Notes: generated from the letters alone by a model not told the origin. DNA of 64,000 nucleotides from a virus (IMGVR_UViG_3300020170_000003:2267-66266), one strand, 5' to 3'; shown: positions 40,641-50,958, numbered from the stretch's first letter. Made by a program: numbers and translations.

Positions 40641-40961
40641 ATGGGACAACATAAAGGCTGTACATTCTTCGGAGCAACGCGCAGAGGGGTTAAAGTTAAA
40701 CCTGCCCCTAAGCTATCCTTGCGCCAAAGACTGCAAGAGATCGTGGCCGAAGCAATGGGAATAGATGCCGCTGACGTGACGGACTCTTATGAAATCAAAG
40801 CGGAAGCGGATTTAATGCACGATGGCTTAATTGAGTTGGTAGAAATATCAGTAGCAATTGAGTACGAGTACGAGTTAGAAGAAATATTCACATACGACAA
40901 TGAGCATGTGTTTGAAAGCTTCGGGACACTGCTCCAATTTGTAAAATCTTACGTAATTTAA
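40641..40961 (+). CDS. Acyl-carrier-protein-like protein lacking the phosphopantetheine Ser
   Basis: RLQEIVAEAMGIDAADVT...DLMHDGLIELVEISVAIEYEY aligns with the AcpP pattern RVKKII.EQLGV..EEVT...DLGADSLD.VELVMALEEEF; DSL is DGL. Confidence 0.6.
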   Translation: MGQHKGCTFFGATRRGVKVKPAPKLSLRQRLQEIVAEAMGIDAADVTDSYEIKAEADLMHDGLIELVEISVAIEYEYELEEIFTYDNEHVFESFGTLLQFVKSYVI

Positions 40962-41021
40962 ACATGCTATGCAATCCCCTGCCATTACTGTAAAGTAGAA
41001 AAGTCTCACGGTAATACTTTA

Positions 41022-42872
41022 ATGGCGGCGAAGAAAACCCCTAAAAAACCGAGCACAAAATCAAAGGCACAAGATATAAACGAAGCCCTTGATTCCTTCC
41101 GCAACTTTGCCGCTGGTATCGGTTACGGCACAAACAATATATCGACAGGTGGAACATACGGGTACAACCCGATAACCCTAATTCGTCCATTGCTGGAATG
41201 GATGCATCGAGGACAGGGGCTGTGTGGCACGATTGTCGATTGTGTAGCTGATGATATGACACGCGCTGGAGTGGATATCAAAGGCAAGATGAAGCCTGAG
41301 GATATCGAGAAAATAAACGAATCAGCTGTGACTCTGGGAATCTGGAATAGTCTAAATGAAACCATCAAGTGGTCAAGATTGTACGGCGGCTGCTTAGGAG
41401 TAATACTGATTGATGGTCAAGACCTGTCTACTCCATTCAGAATCGAATCAGTGGGCAAAGATCAATTCAAGGGAATACTCCCGTTAGATCGTTGGATGGT
41501 TACTTGCGACATGGAGCGAACGGTAGATGATTTCGGGCCTAACTTCGGACTGCCTAAGTTCTATACCGTGATTCCAACAGCGCCAGGATTGATAGGAATG
41601 AGAATCCATCACTCGCGCTGTATCAGGCTAGGTGGTATCAAGCTCCCTTATTGGCAGGCAATTACCCTGCAATTCTGGGGCGAGAGTATTTACGAAAGAA
41701 TCTGGGACATCCTGCTTGCTCTTAATAGCTCAACTCAGGGCATAGCGCAGTTGATGTACAAGCTGCATCTGAGAACCTACACAATTGAAGGGCTAAGGCA
41801 GCTAGTTGCTACTGGGGGAACGGCGTTAGCTGGGCTGATGGCGCAAGTTAACTTCATGCGATCTACTCAATCGAATGAAGGCATGACGCTGCTCGACAGT
41901 AAAGACAAATTTGAGCACTTCCAAAACAGCACAGTCAGTGGCGCTTCTGATGTGTTGATACATTTCCTTGAGCAAATAAGCGGAGCGGTGCAGATTCCAT
42001 TAGTAAGACTTTTGGGGCAGAGCCCGGCAGGATTGAATGCAACGGGTGAAAGCGATCTGCGAACCTACTATGACGAAATAGCGCGTCAACAAAAATCGGC
42101 TATGATGGTGCCAATTACAAACGTGTATCGCTGTATTGTGCAAAGTCTTGGGATGGAGTGGCCAGAGGGAACCACAATAGGATTTAAACCATTGTGGCAA
42201 TTGGATGCAACCGAGAAAGCGGATATATCGACAAAGCTAACTGATAATGTAGTTAAGCTTACCGAAGCTGGTATTTTGTCGAATCAAACCGCGCTAAAGG
42301 AAATCAGGCAATCAAGCGAAGAGACAGGATTCGGAACCAACATTAGCGATGAAGATATAAACAACGCTGAATCTGACCCTGCACCATTACCGCAAGCGGA
42401 AGAAGTAGCGGAGATTAAAAGCAAGAGCGAATCAGCTAAGGACAGCATAGAAAAAGTTATGGCTTTTGGCTTGAAGCACGGCCTGAATATAGTTACCGAA
42501 AATGAGCAAGGAACATACCGCGAAGGGCCAACGTGGAGAGCGTTGATGCCAGCGGATTATGGCTATATATTTGGGGCAGAAGGAAATGACGGTGACTATC
42601 TGGACTGCTTTGTAGGCCAGAATATTAACAGTAAAAAAGTGTTCGTTATTGCCCAGAATAAAATAGGGTCAAAGGACTTTGACGAGCACAAAGTAATGCT
42701 GGGATACGATTCACAAGATGCGGCAGTGAACGATTACGTTCGCAGTTTTGATCCGCCTGAGATGGGAATGCAGATAATTCGCGGAGTGGACGCCATGACG
42801 ATGGATCAATTCAAGCGAATGATGGCCAACGGTGATTTTGTAGAACCAATAATAATTTACGTTCCGGTATAA
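41022..42872 (+). CDS. Portal protein (DUF1073 type) fused to a C-terminal inorganic-pyrophosphatase-like domain
   Basis: IVDCVADDMTRAG, WSRLYGG, PLVRLLGQSPAGLNATGESDLRTYYD; C-term NI.TEN..G..R...MP.DYGYI.G..G.DGD..D.FVG...FDEHKVMLGY. Confidence 0.85.
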   Translation: MAAKKTPKKPSTKSKAQDINEALDSFRNFAAGIGYGTNNISTGGTYGYNPITLIRPLLEWMHRGQGLCGTIVDCVADDMTRAGVDIKGKMKPEDIEKINESAVTLGIWNSLNETIKWSRLYGGCLGVILIDGQDLSTPFRIESVGKDQFKGILPLDRWMVTCDMERTVDDFGPNFGLPKFYTVIPTAPGLIGMRIHHSRCIRLGGIKLPYWQAITLQFWGESIYERIWDILLALNSSTQGIAQLMYKLHLRTYTIEGLRQLVATGGTALAGLMAQVNFMRSTQSNEGMTLLDSKDKFEHFQNSTVSGASDVLIHFLEQISGAVQIPLVRLLGQSPAGLNATGESDLRTYYDEIARQQKSAMMVPITNVYRCIVQSLGMEWPEGTTIGFKPLWQLDATEKADISTKLTDNVVKLTEAGILSNQTALKEIRQSSEETGFGTNISDEDINNAESDPAPLPQAEEVAEIKSKSESAKDSIEKVMAFGLKHGLNIVTENEQGTYREGPTWRALMPADYGYIFGAEGNDGDYLDCFVGQNINSKKVFVIAQNKIGSKDFDEHKVMLGYDSQDAAVNDYVRSFDPPEMGMQIIRGVDAMTMDQFKRMMANGDFVEPIIIYVPV

Positions 42873-42896
42873 AGCCCACCGTGGGGACGAATAGAT

Positions 42897-43859
42897 ATGG
42901 AAATAATAAAAGATTTAATGGCTATGTATCCCGAGGTAAAGGTTGAAATAAAAAGCCAAAACAAAAACCGTATCACTCGGGACGCATTTTTATTTCTAAC
43001 TCCAAAAACCGATAACCAAAATGACTACTTTGCTCAGTGTGGCCCATGCAGAATGTTCGTTCCCGATAAGTACCTTGAAGGGAAGTTAAAGGGTGACAGG
43101 TGTATTATTCATGGCTCAAAGCAAGTAGTTAATGAGGGCATGTCATGCGGCTTTATGTGCTCATGGCCAACACCCAATGGATCGCCGGTTGAGCATGTCA
43201 TCAAGGATCACGCAGCTGAACTGTTAAAGATCATCCCAGGCTCAGTCACCGCTAAAGATTCTGGACTAGTTGATCGTAGAGTACAGTGCCATAGATGTAG
43301 GTTTAGTGATGGCAATAAATGCGGACTCTATCGAAGGCTAAATCAGGCCATGCCACAAATATTCGATCTGGACGAATCCATTACGCCCAATTCATGTTGC
43401 AATGCACAAGAGCCATAATAGTCTTACCGTGAGACAAAAATGAGAGGAAATAGATTCTGCTCTACGTTAGTTGATTGTCCTATCTGTAAGGCCCCACCCG
43501 AATTACAGTGTGGCGTGAACCAACCCGGCGATATTCCTAATCACACTGAAAGAGCGCGTCAATCAAGATGGCTGCAAATGTACGTGGAAAGTAGCGCAAG
43601 CAAGTTGGGCAATGTCTTCGATGAAGTATTCACAGAAATACAGTAATAGTTTATAATGATAACCATGAAACGAATCCTGATTGACTACGACGAAACAACC
43701 TGCAACATGGGAGTAAGGGCCGAAGGCTTCACGGATGCGGAAGTAATTGTAGTCTTGAGGGAAGCGCAAAAAAAGGCCGAAGAAGCGGTAATAGAAAACC
43801 TCAAGAAGAAGAAAGTTAGTCTTGTTAGTTCACTAGGAATAAACCTTCCGAGAATATAA
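42897..43859 (+). other. Morons between portal and MuF (42897..43418 Cys-rich; 43440..43646; 43656..43859)
   Basis: Internal promoter TTCACA(43629)-17-TATAAT(43652) overlapping an operator-like site. Confidence 0.45.
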
Positions 43860-43863
43860 AGTT

Positions 43864-44664
43864 ATGGGCGAGGCTCAAGCTATTATCCAGTATCCTACAG
43901 TCCACGAAGCGATTGCCTCCAAATTCTGTCAGCCCCATTATGTGACATTATTTGAAGTGCGTGATTCCACCGGGTTTGATTCGACGCGATCTGCTGATGC
44001 TTTATCCGTGGCTCTATATGGTACGCGTGGCCGCGAAATAACCGGATTCGAGATTAAGCGTTCTAGATCTGATTGGCTACGCGAATTAAAAATGCCAGAG
44101 AAAGCGGAAGAAATCGGTAAATTCTGCGACTGGTTTTACCTCGTGACAAATGATGAATCCGTGGCGCGACCAGATGAACTTCCAATGCCTTGGGGTTGGA
44201 TGGTGTTGAAGGGTGCGCGGCTCAAGACCATCAAGAAGCCAGAGAGAATGAAGCCGTTCCCTCTGGATCGGCACATGCTGTGTTCGCTGCTCTATTCCGT
44301 TCGCCAGCAGTGTCTTATAGAAATCGAAATGCAAATCAAGGCAGCCGTTGATAAGCGCATTAAATCTGAGGCCAGCGAGTTGAAGTATCAGGCCGAAGAA
44401 GGTGAGCGCAAATACAAAGAACTGCAAAAGGTAGTCAGAGAGTTTGAGGATGCCAGCGGTGTCTCGGTTCAAAGTCATTGGCTTGATAGGCCGAAGATCG
44501 GCGCGGCGGTGAGACGGGTTCTGAAAGAAGGCGACACACTCAAAGAGTACAAGCGCGATCTGGAATGGATTTGTAGTCGGGCGAAGACCGTAGCAAGCAA
44601 CATGGAAAGAGAATTACTGGAATTAGAAAAAGAAAACAATGCCAACCCCTCGCCAAATCCGTAA
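43864..44664 (+). CDS. MmcB-like PD-(D/E)XK nuclease-fold protein
   Basis: FEV...ADAL...GFEIKRSRSDWLREL..PEK...CD.FYLV...ELP..WG. Confidence 0.6.
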   Translation: MGEAQAIIQYPTVHEAIASKFCQPHYVTLFEVRDSTGFDSTRSADALSVALYGTRGREITGFEIKRSRSDWLRELKMPEKAEEIGKFCDWFYLVTNDESVARPDELPMPWGWMVLKGARLKTIKKPERMKPFPLDRHMLCSLLYSVRQQCLIEIEMQIKAAVDKRIKSEASELKYQAEEGERKYKELQKVVREFEDASGVSVQSHWLDRPKIGAAVRRVLKEGDTLKEYKRDLEWICSRAKTVASNMERELLELEKENNANPSPNP

Positions 44665-45391
44665 CCTTACCCGCCAGAGATTCAATCGCTCCCGTATTGC
44701 AGAATTAGGCTATCAGAGGCAGCTAGCGCAAGTGGGACGACATATCGGCAATCTCATCAAAGGAATGGCCCCAGAGGGCGTTATAAGCGATACAGGGGTA
44801 TTACAGCGTATCCTCTCACAGTATTCGGGCATCTTGCATCCATGGGCCAAAACGGTAGTTGAGAGGATGCAAGCCGAAGTCTCACAGCGAGACATACGTG
44901 CATGGGCTGAATTGGGGAGATCAATTGGACAATCGCTCAAGAAAGAAATACTTCATGCTCCTACAGGTGGAATGTTGCGAGAGCAGATGCAGGAACAAAT
45001 TAAGTCGATTACCAGTTTGCCGCTTGAGGCCGCGCAGAGATTAAATAAATTGACATTACGCGGAATTACCGAAGGAACCCGAACGCCTGAGATCGTGGAA
45101 GCAATAATGAACTCAGGGCATGTCAGTATCAGCCGAGCAAAACTAATTGCGCGAACACAGGTGGCTACCACGGCGAGTAAATTGACGGAAGTAAGGGCAG
45201 TTCATATTGGGAGTCCGGGATATTGGTGGCGTACAAGTTTGGATGTAGACGTAAGAAGTTATCATCGCAAACTCGAAGGAAAATTCATCGAATGGGACAA
45301 GCCGCCAATCGTGGATAAAGATGGACGTAGGGCGCATGCGGGACAGGACTTTCAATGTCGCTGCTATCAAGAGGTAGTAGTACCAGATTAA
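44639..45391 (+). CDS. MuF / SPP1 gp7-like minor head protein
   Basis: RAKLIARTQV...Y.W.TS.D..VR..H..L.GK...WD.PP...HAGQDFQCRCY. Confidence 0.9.
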   Translation: MPTPRQIRNLTRQRFNRSRIAELGYQRQLAQVGRHIGNLIKGMAPEGVISDTGVLQRILSQYSGILHPWAKTVVERMQAEVSQRDIRAWAELGRSIGQSLKKEILHAPTGGMLREQMQEQIKSITSLPLEAAQRLNKLTLRGITEGTRTPEIVEAIMNSGHVSISRAKLIARTQVATTASKLTEVRAVHIGSPGYWWRTSLDVDVRSYHRKLEGKFIEWDKPPIVDKDGRRAHAGQDFQCRCYQEVVVPD

Positions 45392-45789
45392 ACAATGTCG
45401 ATGATCGCTATATTTCGCATGACATGCTGCGGTAAAAGAGTTATCTCTGGGCGCTTCCAAGGTAACGATATGTACCCGCCTTCTGTCGCTAAATGCCATT
45501 ACGGGTGTAAACCTAAAAATCTCCCAAATGGCAGACAAGGAAGAATCCCGATGATATTCGAAGAGTACGCTAGCGAGGAATTGCAGCCTGAGGAATTAAT
45601 GCGAACATGGAAACATGGTCATAGTGTGGGTGATCTATGGCATAGGTATAATCGCGAATGGCTGAAAAAGAAAGCGTCCATAGATCAAGGGCGCGGTTGA
45701 TAGCTAGTTAACAAACAATTACACGTAAAAATAGTTTGCAATAATTACTTTCCCTTGTGCTACATTCATCCTTGACAAGAGGGAGATGA

Positions 45790-46251
45790 ATGAACATGAG
45801 AAAAGTAATTAGCTTGTTGGTGATTTATGCGGTGTTAGCAATCTCTTCTGTCCCTTCCCAAGCGCAATTTCAAGTCCCTCCTGTGACAACCACAGTGCGC
45901 GGAGCAGTAGCAAATCTTGTAGCTACCTGCACAACTACCGCCTGTCCTACGTATATTCTCGGTGGAACGGTGTGTACGGCTACGGTGCTTATAGGCGGTA
46001 CAAATTCAGCGGCAGTTATTACCGTAAGGGCATCTCACGATGGAGGAACTACATACAACACAATCACCCCTGTAGTTGTTGGCTTGTCTACCAACGGTAC
46101 CGTGACATCCTCTATTATTCAGGTCAAAGGAATTTATTCTATGACTTTACTGACGGCAAATCGTGTACGTTTTGAAGTCGGCACATTGACCGGAACAAAT
46201 GTAACTATCTCTCCCGTTTTTAGCAGTGCGTGTACTTCGCAAGCCCTGTAA
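45790..46251 (+). CDS. Signal-peptide-bearing small beta-sandwich protein
   Basis: MNMRKVISLLVIYAVLAISSVPSQA|Q; four Cys; directly before the head protease. Confidence 0.6.
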   Translation: MNMRKVISLLVIYAVLAISSVPSQAQFQVPPVTTTVRGAVANLVATCTTTACPTYILGGTVCTATVLIGGTNSAAVITVRASHDGGTTYNTITPVVVGLSTNGTVTSSIIQVKGIYSMTLLTANRVRFEVGTLTGTNVTISPVFSSACTSQAL

Positions 46252-46269
46252 GTCTTACGGGAAGACAAT

Positions 46270-47652
46270 GTGGAATTCTACACAGTCGAAAAACTCGGAA
46301 GGAACCAAGAGGAAACCCCTGAAGGATTTCTTCTGTGTAGAAACGTTCCTATTGCGCGAACTGGTACGCAGCTTTACGCAGCGCGTGAAGTACCGGAGCT
46401 TGAGCCTAGCGACGATGGAACAGTTGTCATGGAAAGGCCAGAAGATGAAGTATTTAGGCCAGATACAATTTGCAGTGTTAATGGGAAACCTGTCACAGTT
46501 GACCATCCTAATGATCTAGTCAGACCGCATAGCTGGAAAGACTTGACGGTAGGAACGGCGCTAAATGCAAGGCGCGGTGAAAACGGAGAAAGCGATTTAC
46601 TGTTAGCTGACTTACTGATTACAGACCATGAAGCAATTGATCAAGTACGAAAGACGCGAAGTCAGGAAGTCAGTGCAGGCTATAACTACGATGGAGTGCA
46701 AGTATCAAAAGGGCGCGGTAGGCAGACAAATATTTGGATCAATCACATCGCTCTAGTCGATTCGGCAAGATGTGGCATTCGGTGTAGTATCAAAGATAGT
46801 GAGCACAAAGAGGAGACAACAATGAACATCAAAGATATTGCAAAGAAATTAAAAGATGCGTGGGCAAGCAAGGACTGCAAAGCCTTTGATGAAACCGTAG
46901 CCTCTCTCAAGGACGAAGCCGGAACTGAAGTACATCTGCATACCGAAGGTAGTGGGCGTACTGCCTATGATGACGATACGCTCAAGCAGATATTTTCCGA
47001 CAACGATGCGAAACATGCAGCTATGGATGCTCGGATGAAAGATGCCGAATCGAAGTTCACCGCAATGGACGCCAAGACGAAAGACGCTGAAGAAGAAACA
47101 AAGAAAAAAGAAGAAGATGCCAAGGCCAAAGACGCAGAGAAAGAAAAAGAAGAAAATGAAATCAAGGATGCGTTGGCCGACGAAGCACCAGCAGGCGAAG
47201 AAGAGAAAGCCAAAGTAGCAAAGGATAGTAGCTATCTTGTAGAAAGTTTTCAGGCAACAAAATCAAAGGCTGAGATCATTGCGCCCGGAATTCACCTCCC
47301 GGCATTCGATAAAGCAGCCGCGCCAAAAGATACGTTCCTGTCAATCTGTGGCCTGAGGCGTAAAGCCTTACAGTCCGGAGCGCGAGATTCAGATACGCTA
47401 GCTATGTTGTTGAAATTGAGCGGCGGGAAAGCGTTTGATAGTGCATCGATGGACAAGATGCCATGCGGAAGAGTAAGAGTTATGTTCGATTCTCTGGCAG
47501 AGATGAAGCGTTTGGCCAACAATGCAAAAGCGACGGAACAAAAAACCGATAAATCCGCCCTACTGAATACTGATGGTGGGCCGATGAATGCTGAAAATTT
47601 TAGCAAGCTTCGGGATAAGGCGCGTAAAGATCGCGGCCAGAGAATCAATTAA
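46270..47652 (+). CDS. Prohead protease/scaffold (DUF2213 type)
   Basis: TPEGFLLC..VPIARTG.Q.Y, RPEDEVF, GKPVT.DHP, EVSAGY, NHIALVD..RCG..C.I.D; KD-rich scaffold tail. Confidence 0.85.
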   Translation: MEFYTVEKLGRNQEETPEGFLLCRNVPIARTGTQLYAAREVPELEPSDDGTVVMERPEDEVFRPDTICSVNGKPVTVDHPNDLVRPHSWKDLTVGTALNARRGENGESDLLLADLLITDHEAIDQVRKTRSQEVSAGYNYDGVQVSKGRGRQTNIWINHIALVDSARCGIRCSIKDSEHKEETTMNIKDIAKKLKDAWASKDCKAFDETVASLKDEAGTEVHLHTEGSGRTAYDDDTLKQIFSDNDAKHAAMDARMKDAESKFTAMDAKTKDAEEETKKKEEDAKAKDAEKEKEENEIKDALADEAPAGEEEKAKVAKDSSYLVESFQATKSKAEIIAPGIHLPAFDKAAAPKDTFLSICGLRRKALQSGARDSDTLAMLLKLSGGKAFDSASMDKMPCGRVRVMFDSLAEMKRLANNAKATEQKTDKSALLNTDGGPMNAENFSKLRDKARKDRGQRIN

Positions 47653-47685
47653 GGTTACTGTAAATAAAGTTTAGGAGGCAACACA

Positions 47686-48216
47686 ATGGGCGCAGCATTT
47701 ACATTCAGGGCAGGGGCAGGTTTCCCCGGCGCAATCACTCGCCAAGAAAACAGCATCGTTGAACCCTTTGTTATTAATGCCTCAACGCCGCCATTGCTAT
47801 ACGGTATCGCAATGATTGTTGATACCACAACTGGAATTGCGCGACCATATGCAGCAGCGGATACTGGAATTACTATTCCCTATGGAGTGCTGGTGCGCCC
47901 ATTTCCGACTTCGCAGGCATCCGTAACTAACTTCGGCAATACGCCGCTTGGTGGGGCAGGAGTTCCGCCAACATCAGGCCCTGCCGACTTGTTGGTTAGC
48001 GGATACATAAATGTCCAAGTTCCGACTGGTTCGACTGCGGCATTAAAGAATTGGCCCGTATTTGTTTGGGCTGCTGCAACTTCGGGAGTGCACATTCAGG
48101 GTGGATTTGAAACAGCTGCTAGCGGCGGCAATACTGCTGCTCTCTCCACCTCGCTGTGTCATTTCAATGGACAGCAGGACGCGAACGGGATCATTGAATT
48201 AATTTTTAACGTTTAA
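47686..48216 (+). CDS. Head decoration / cement protein
   Basis: AF..RAG.GFPG.ITR...G.LVRPFP...GYI.V pattern between protease and capsid. Confidence 0.7.
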   Translation: MGAAFTFRAGAGFPGAITRQENSIVEPFVINASTPPLLYGIAMIVDTTTGIARPYAAADTGITIPYGVLVRPFPTSQASVTNFGNTPLGGAGVPPTSGPADLLVSGYINVQVPTGSTAALKNWPVFVWAAATSGVHIQGGFETAASGGNTAALSTSLCHFNGQQDANGIIELIFNV

Positions 48217-48306
48217 AACTGGAATAGAAAACTGTAAGACTTGAATTTTTCCGACAGGTTAGTGGTCTGAAAATATGGCCACACCTAATTTTAGGAGGAA
48301 GCGCGT

Positions 48307-49368
48307 ATGTTGACTTACGATCAAAAGGCGTTCGATGGTAACGGCGTTCCCATGGGAAAGAAACTAGGTGGAACGTATACCAAAGACGGAAAGTCTTACG
48401 ACAACACAGGCGCGTTCCTTGAGAACGAACTATCCCGCATCGACCCCAAGATGCATATGCCTCTCATTGATATCCAGTATGACCGTGATATTGATATTCG
48501 AAGTGATGTCACGATGGGCGATGAATTTTCCAGCTTTACCGTGTCCACGTTTGGCGGGGCAGGTGGACTAGGAACTGGAAACTCAATCGGCAATGGTAAG
48601 CATTGGGTAGGCAAGAATTCCACGGCAATCAGTGGCGTATCCGTGGACATCGGGCTAATCACTAAGCCGCTACGTGCATGGGCGATTGAATTGGCCTATG
48701 ACATTTTTGAAATTGAATCCAGCGCAAAGCTAGGTAGGCCGATAGATCAACAGAAATTCTATGCCATGCAGAGAATGCACGAAATGGAAGCTGACGAACA
48801 GGCTTACATCGGTGATATTCCGAACGGTGATGCTGGACTAGTGAATCAGGCCAGCACCGTAGTTACTCCGGTTAACGTAGCCGTAGGAGCGGCAGGCAGT
48901 ACGACATGGGCACTGAAAACTCCTACTGAGATTCTTGCCGATGTGAACACGGCAGTAACGGCAGCATGGGCGGCAAGCGCATATGCTGTAATGCCGGAAA
49001 AACTTTTGCTCCCGCCAGCGCAATACGGCGCAATCAGCACAGCTTTGATTTCCAGTGCTGGTAATCAGTCCGTCCTAAAATACCTGAAAGAGAATTGGGT
49101 AGGCATGGCGAAGGAAGGAAAGACGCTGGACATTCAGCCAGTTAAGTGGTTGGCAGGTGCGGGTGTTGGTGGAACCATCGGCACAGCTGGAATCGATCGT
49201 ATGGTGGTCTATACCAAGCGCGAAGAATTTGTTAGGTTCCCCTATGTTCCAATGCAGCGCACTCCGGTAGAGTTCCGTGGTCTGTTTCATCTATCGAACT
49301 ACTACGGTAAAATGGGAGTAGTGGAACTCGTATACCCCCAGACAGTTTTTTACGCAGATTTAATCTAA
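48307..49368 (+). CDS. Major capsid protein (DUF2184 type, HK97 fold)
   Basis: GAFL..EL.RID...Y.RDI...GRPID.QK...KT..EIL.DVN...P..LLLPP; AGGAGG RBS. Confidence 0.9.
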   Translation: MLTYDQKAFDGNGVPMGKKLGGTYTKDGKSYDNTGAFLENELSRIDPKMHMPLIDIQYDRDIDIRSDVTMGDEFSSFTVSTFGGAGGLGTGNSIGNGKHWVGKNSTAISGVSVDIGLITKPLRAWAIELAYDIFEIESSAKLGRPIDQQKFYAMQRMHEMEADEQAYIGDIPNGDAGLVNQASTVVTPVNVAVGAAGSTTWALKTPTEILADVNTAVTAAWAASAYAVMPEKLLLPPAQYGAISTALISSAGNQSVLKYLKENWVGMAKEGKTLDIQPVKWLAGAGVGGTIGTAGIDRMVVYTKREEFVRFPYVPMQRTPVEFRGLFHLSNYYGKMGVVELVYPQTVFYADLI

Positions 49369-49408
49369 GTCTTACTGTAAGACTTTTACGACGAAAGGAA
49401 TTTGAGTA

Positions 49409-49669
49409 ATGAGCACAGAAAACTGGTTTTTCCCGAATCTAGTACATCTTAGAATGAGAGATCAATCATTGCTCAAGTTCGCCGTTGGGCCGCAACCTGT
49501 TCCTTCGGATTTGCCGGAAGAGGAAAGGGAAATCCTGAAACGTAACGGTGCAAAGCCGATTGAGGTTACATCTAAAACACCACCTGGTGCGCCAAAAACG
49601 CCCGCTAGCGCGTCGCCAGAGGGTAAGGGTACATCTGGGCAATCTGTAAAACCAGAGCCTCTTAAATAA
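49409..49669 (+). CDS. Small head-associated hypothetical protein
   Basis: Directly after MCP; Pro/Lys-rich tail. Confidence 0.5.
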   Translation: MSTENWFFPNLVHLRMRDQSLLKFAVGPQPVPSDLPEEEREILKRNGAKPIEVTSKTPPGAPKTPASASPEGKGTSGQSVKPEPLK

Positions 49670-49684
49670 GAGAGGAGCTAGCAG

Positions 49685-50140
49685 ATGGCTCTTCCGACTC
49701 CTACTACATTCCGCGCTGATTTCCCTGAATTTGTAGATACCACAACCTATTCCGATGGCCTGATTAACTTCTGGCTTGGGATAGGTGTTCTACGTTTGAA
49801 TCCAGTATGGGGAAACCTCTTAAATCAGGGGCTTGAATTATTCACAGCGCACTTCATTTCTATAAGCGCGATCAATCAATTATCGGTAAAGGCTGGGGGA
49901 ATACCTGGAATTCAGCGCGGGGTAGTAAGTAGCGAGCAAGCGGAAATATCCGTGAGTTACGATACGGCTGCTGCTACTCTGAAAGATATGGGCCACTGGA
50001 ACCTGACAAGCTACGGTACGCAGTTTCAGGAACTGGCCAACTTAGTTGGCATGGGGCCAATGCAGATTAGTCCATCATGGTGGAATGGTGATGATGGAAT
50101 AGTAACTAATGGTTTCGGATGGCCATTCTTCCCTAGCTAG
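49685..50140 (+). CDS. Head-tail adaptor (DUF4054 type)
   Basis: FRADFPEF.D...Y...L.TAH...VSVSYD...WNLT.YG..F. Confidence 0.85.
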   Translation: MALPTPTTFRADFPEFVDTTTYSDGLINFWLGIGVLRLNPVWGNLLNQGLELFTAHFISISAINQLSVKAGGIPGIQRGVVSSEQAEISVSYDTAAATLKDMGHWNLTSYGTQFQELANLVGMGPMQISPSWWNGDDGIVTNGFGWPFFPS

Positions 50141-50159
50141 GTGTTAGAATGATAACCAC

Positions 50160-50654
50160 ATGAAACCACAAGTTAATATTAATGTAAATATCACGGTAGA
50201 TAACCTTGAGCAATTCGGGAAAGCGATTGAACTACTCAAGCGTAAGCAGGTATTGGCTGGAGTACCAGAAGCCAAGGCAAGACGTAAAGGCGATCCTATA
50301 AACAATGCGACGCTGGCTTACATTCACGATAAAGGTAGTCCTAGTCAGAACATTCCAGCCCGGCCTTTTATGGAACCGGGAATCCATGATGTATCGGTAC
50401 AGATAGAACAAAAGCTGTTAAGTGCGGGGCAGTCTGTGCTGGAAAATGATCCCGTAAAAGCAGAGCAGAAACTAGAAGCGGTTGGGCTTATAGCGCAGAA
50501 CGGAATCAGGAACAAAATCAATTCCAACATCCCGCCTCCGTTAAAACCAGCAACTCTCGCGGCAAGACGAAGAAGAGGTAGGACAGGGAACCGGAGCTTA
50601 GTAGATACGGCCCAGATGCGAAACTCAATTACCTACATAGTGAAAGATAAATAA
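50160..50654 (+). CDS. Neck / tail-completion protein (HK97 gp10-like)
   Basis: NATLAYIH..G....IPARPF..PG...PL...T...R...LVDT.QMRNSITY. Confidence 0.75.
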   Translation: MKPQVNINVNITVDNLEQFGKAIELLKRKQVLAGVPEAKARRKGDPINNATLAYIHDKGSPSQNIPARPFMEPGIHDVSVQIEQKLLSAGQSVLENDPVKAEQKLEAVGLIAQNGIRNKINSNIPPPLKPATLAARRRRGRTGNRSLVDTAQMRNSITYIVKDK

Positions 50655-50655
50655 A

Positions 50656-50958
50656 ATGAAACAAGAAATTGAAGGGTACCAACCACTTCCTGTAAATAGA
50701 GAGTCTTCTTTGCAGTATATAGCTATGAAATTACATAGCAATCAATCTACCCTGGAAGATACTCTATTATGGATGAGAGATAGAGGTAGTTCTGTAGACC
50801 TGAATTACGGTGAAGACAATGATATCTGGGAAACTTCATGGATTACAAGTGGGGTTCGATATGTAGGAATAAGTAAAGAGATAAGGCTGTCGGTGTTAAG
50901 TAGCCTAAATAAATGCCTTACTGCCTGCGTTAAAAGAGATTATCCAGAATCCGCATAA
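50656..50958 (+). CDS. Hypothetical moron
   Basis: ORF between neck genes. Confidence 0.4.
   Translation: MKQEIEGYQPLPVNRESSLQYIAMKLHSNQSTLEDTLLWMRDRGSSVDLNYGEDNDIWETSWITSGVRYVGISKEIRLSVLSSLNKCLTACVKRDYPESA

Noticed and set aside
41022-42400. Anti-CBASS Acb1 label for the DUF1073 region
   Set aside because: Position and motifs are those of a portal; I could not identify 2H-phosphodiesterase HxT motifs
25395-48241. Extra dyad copies at ~25401, ~37261, ~42002, ~47655 and ~48232
   Set aside because: Only one half-site matches, so they were not counted
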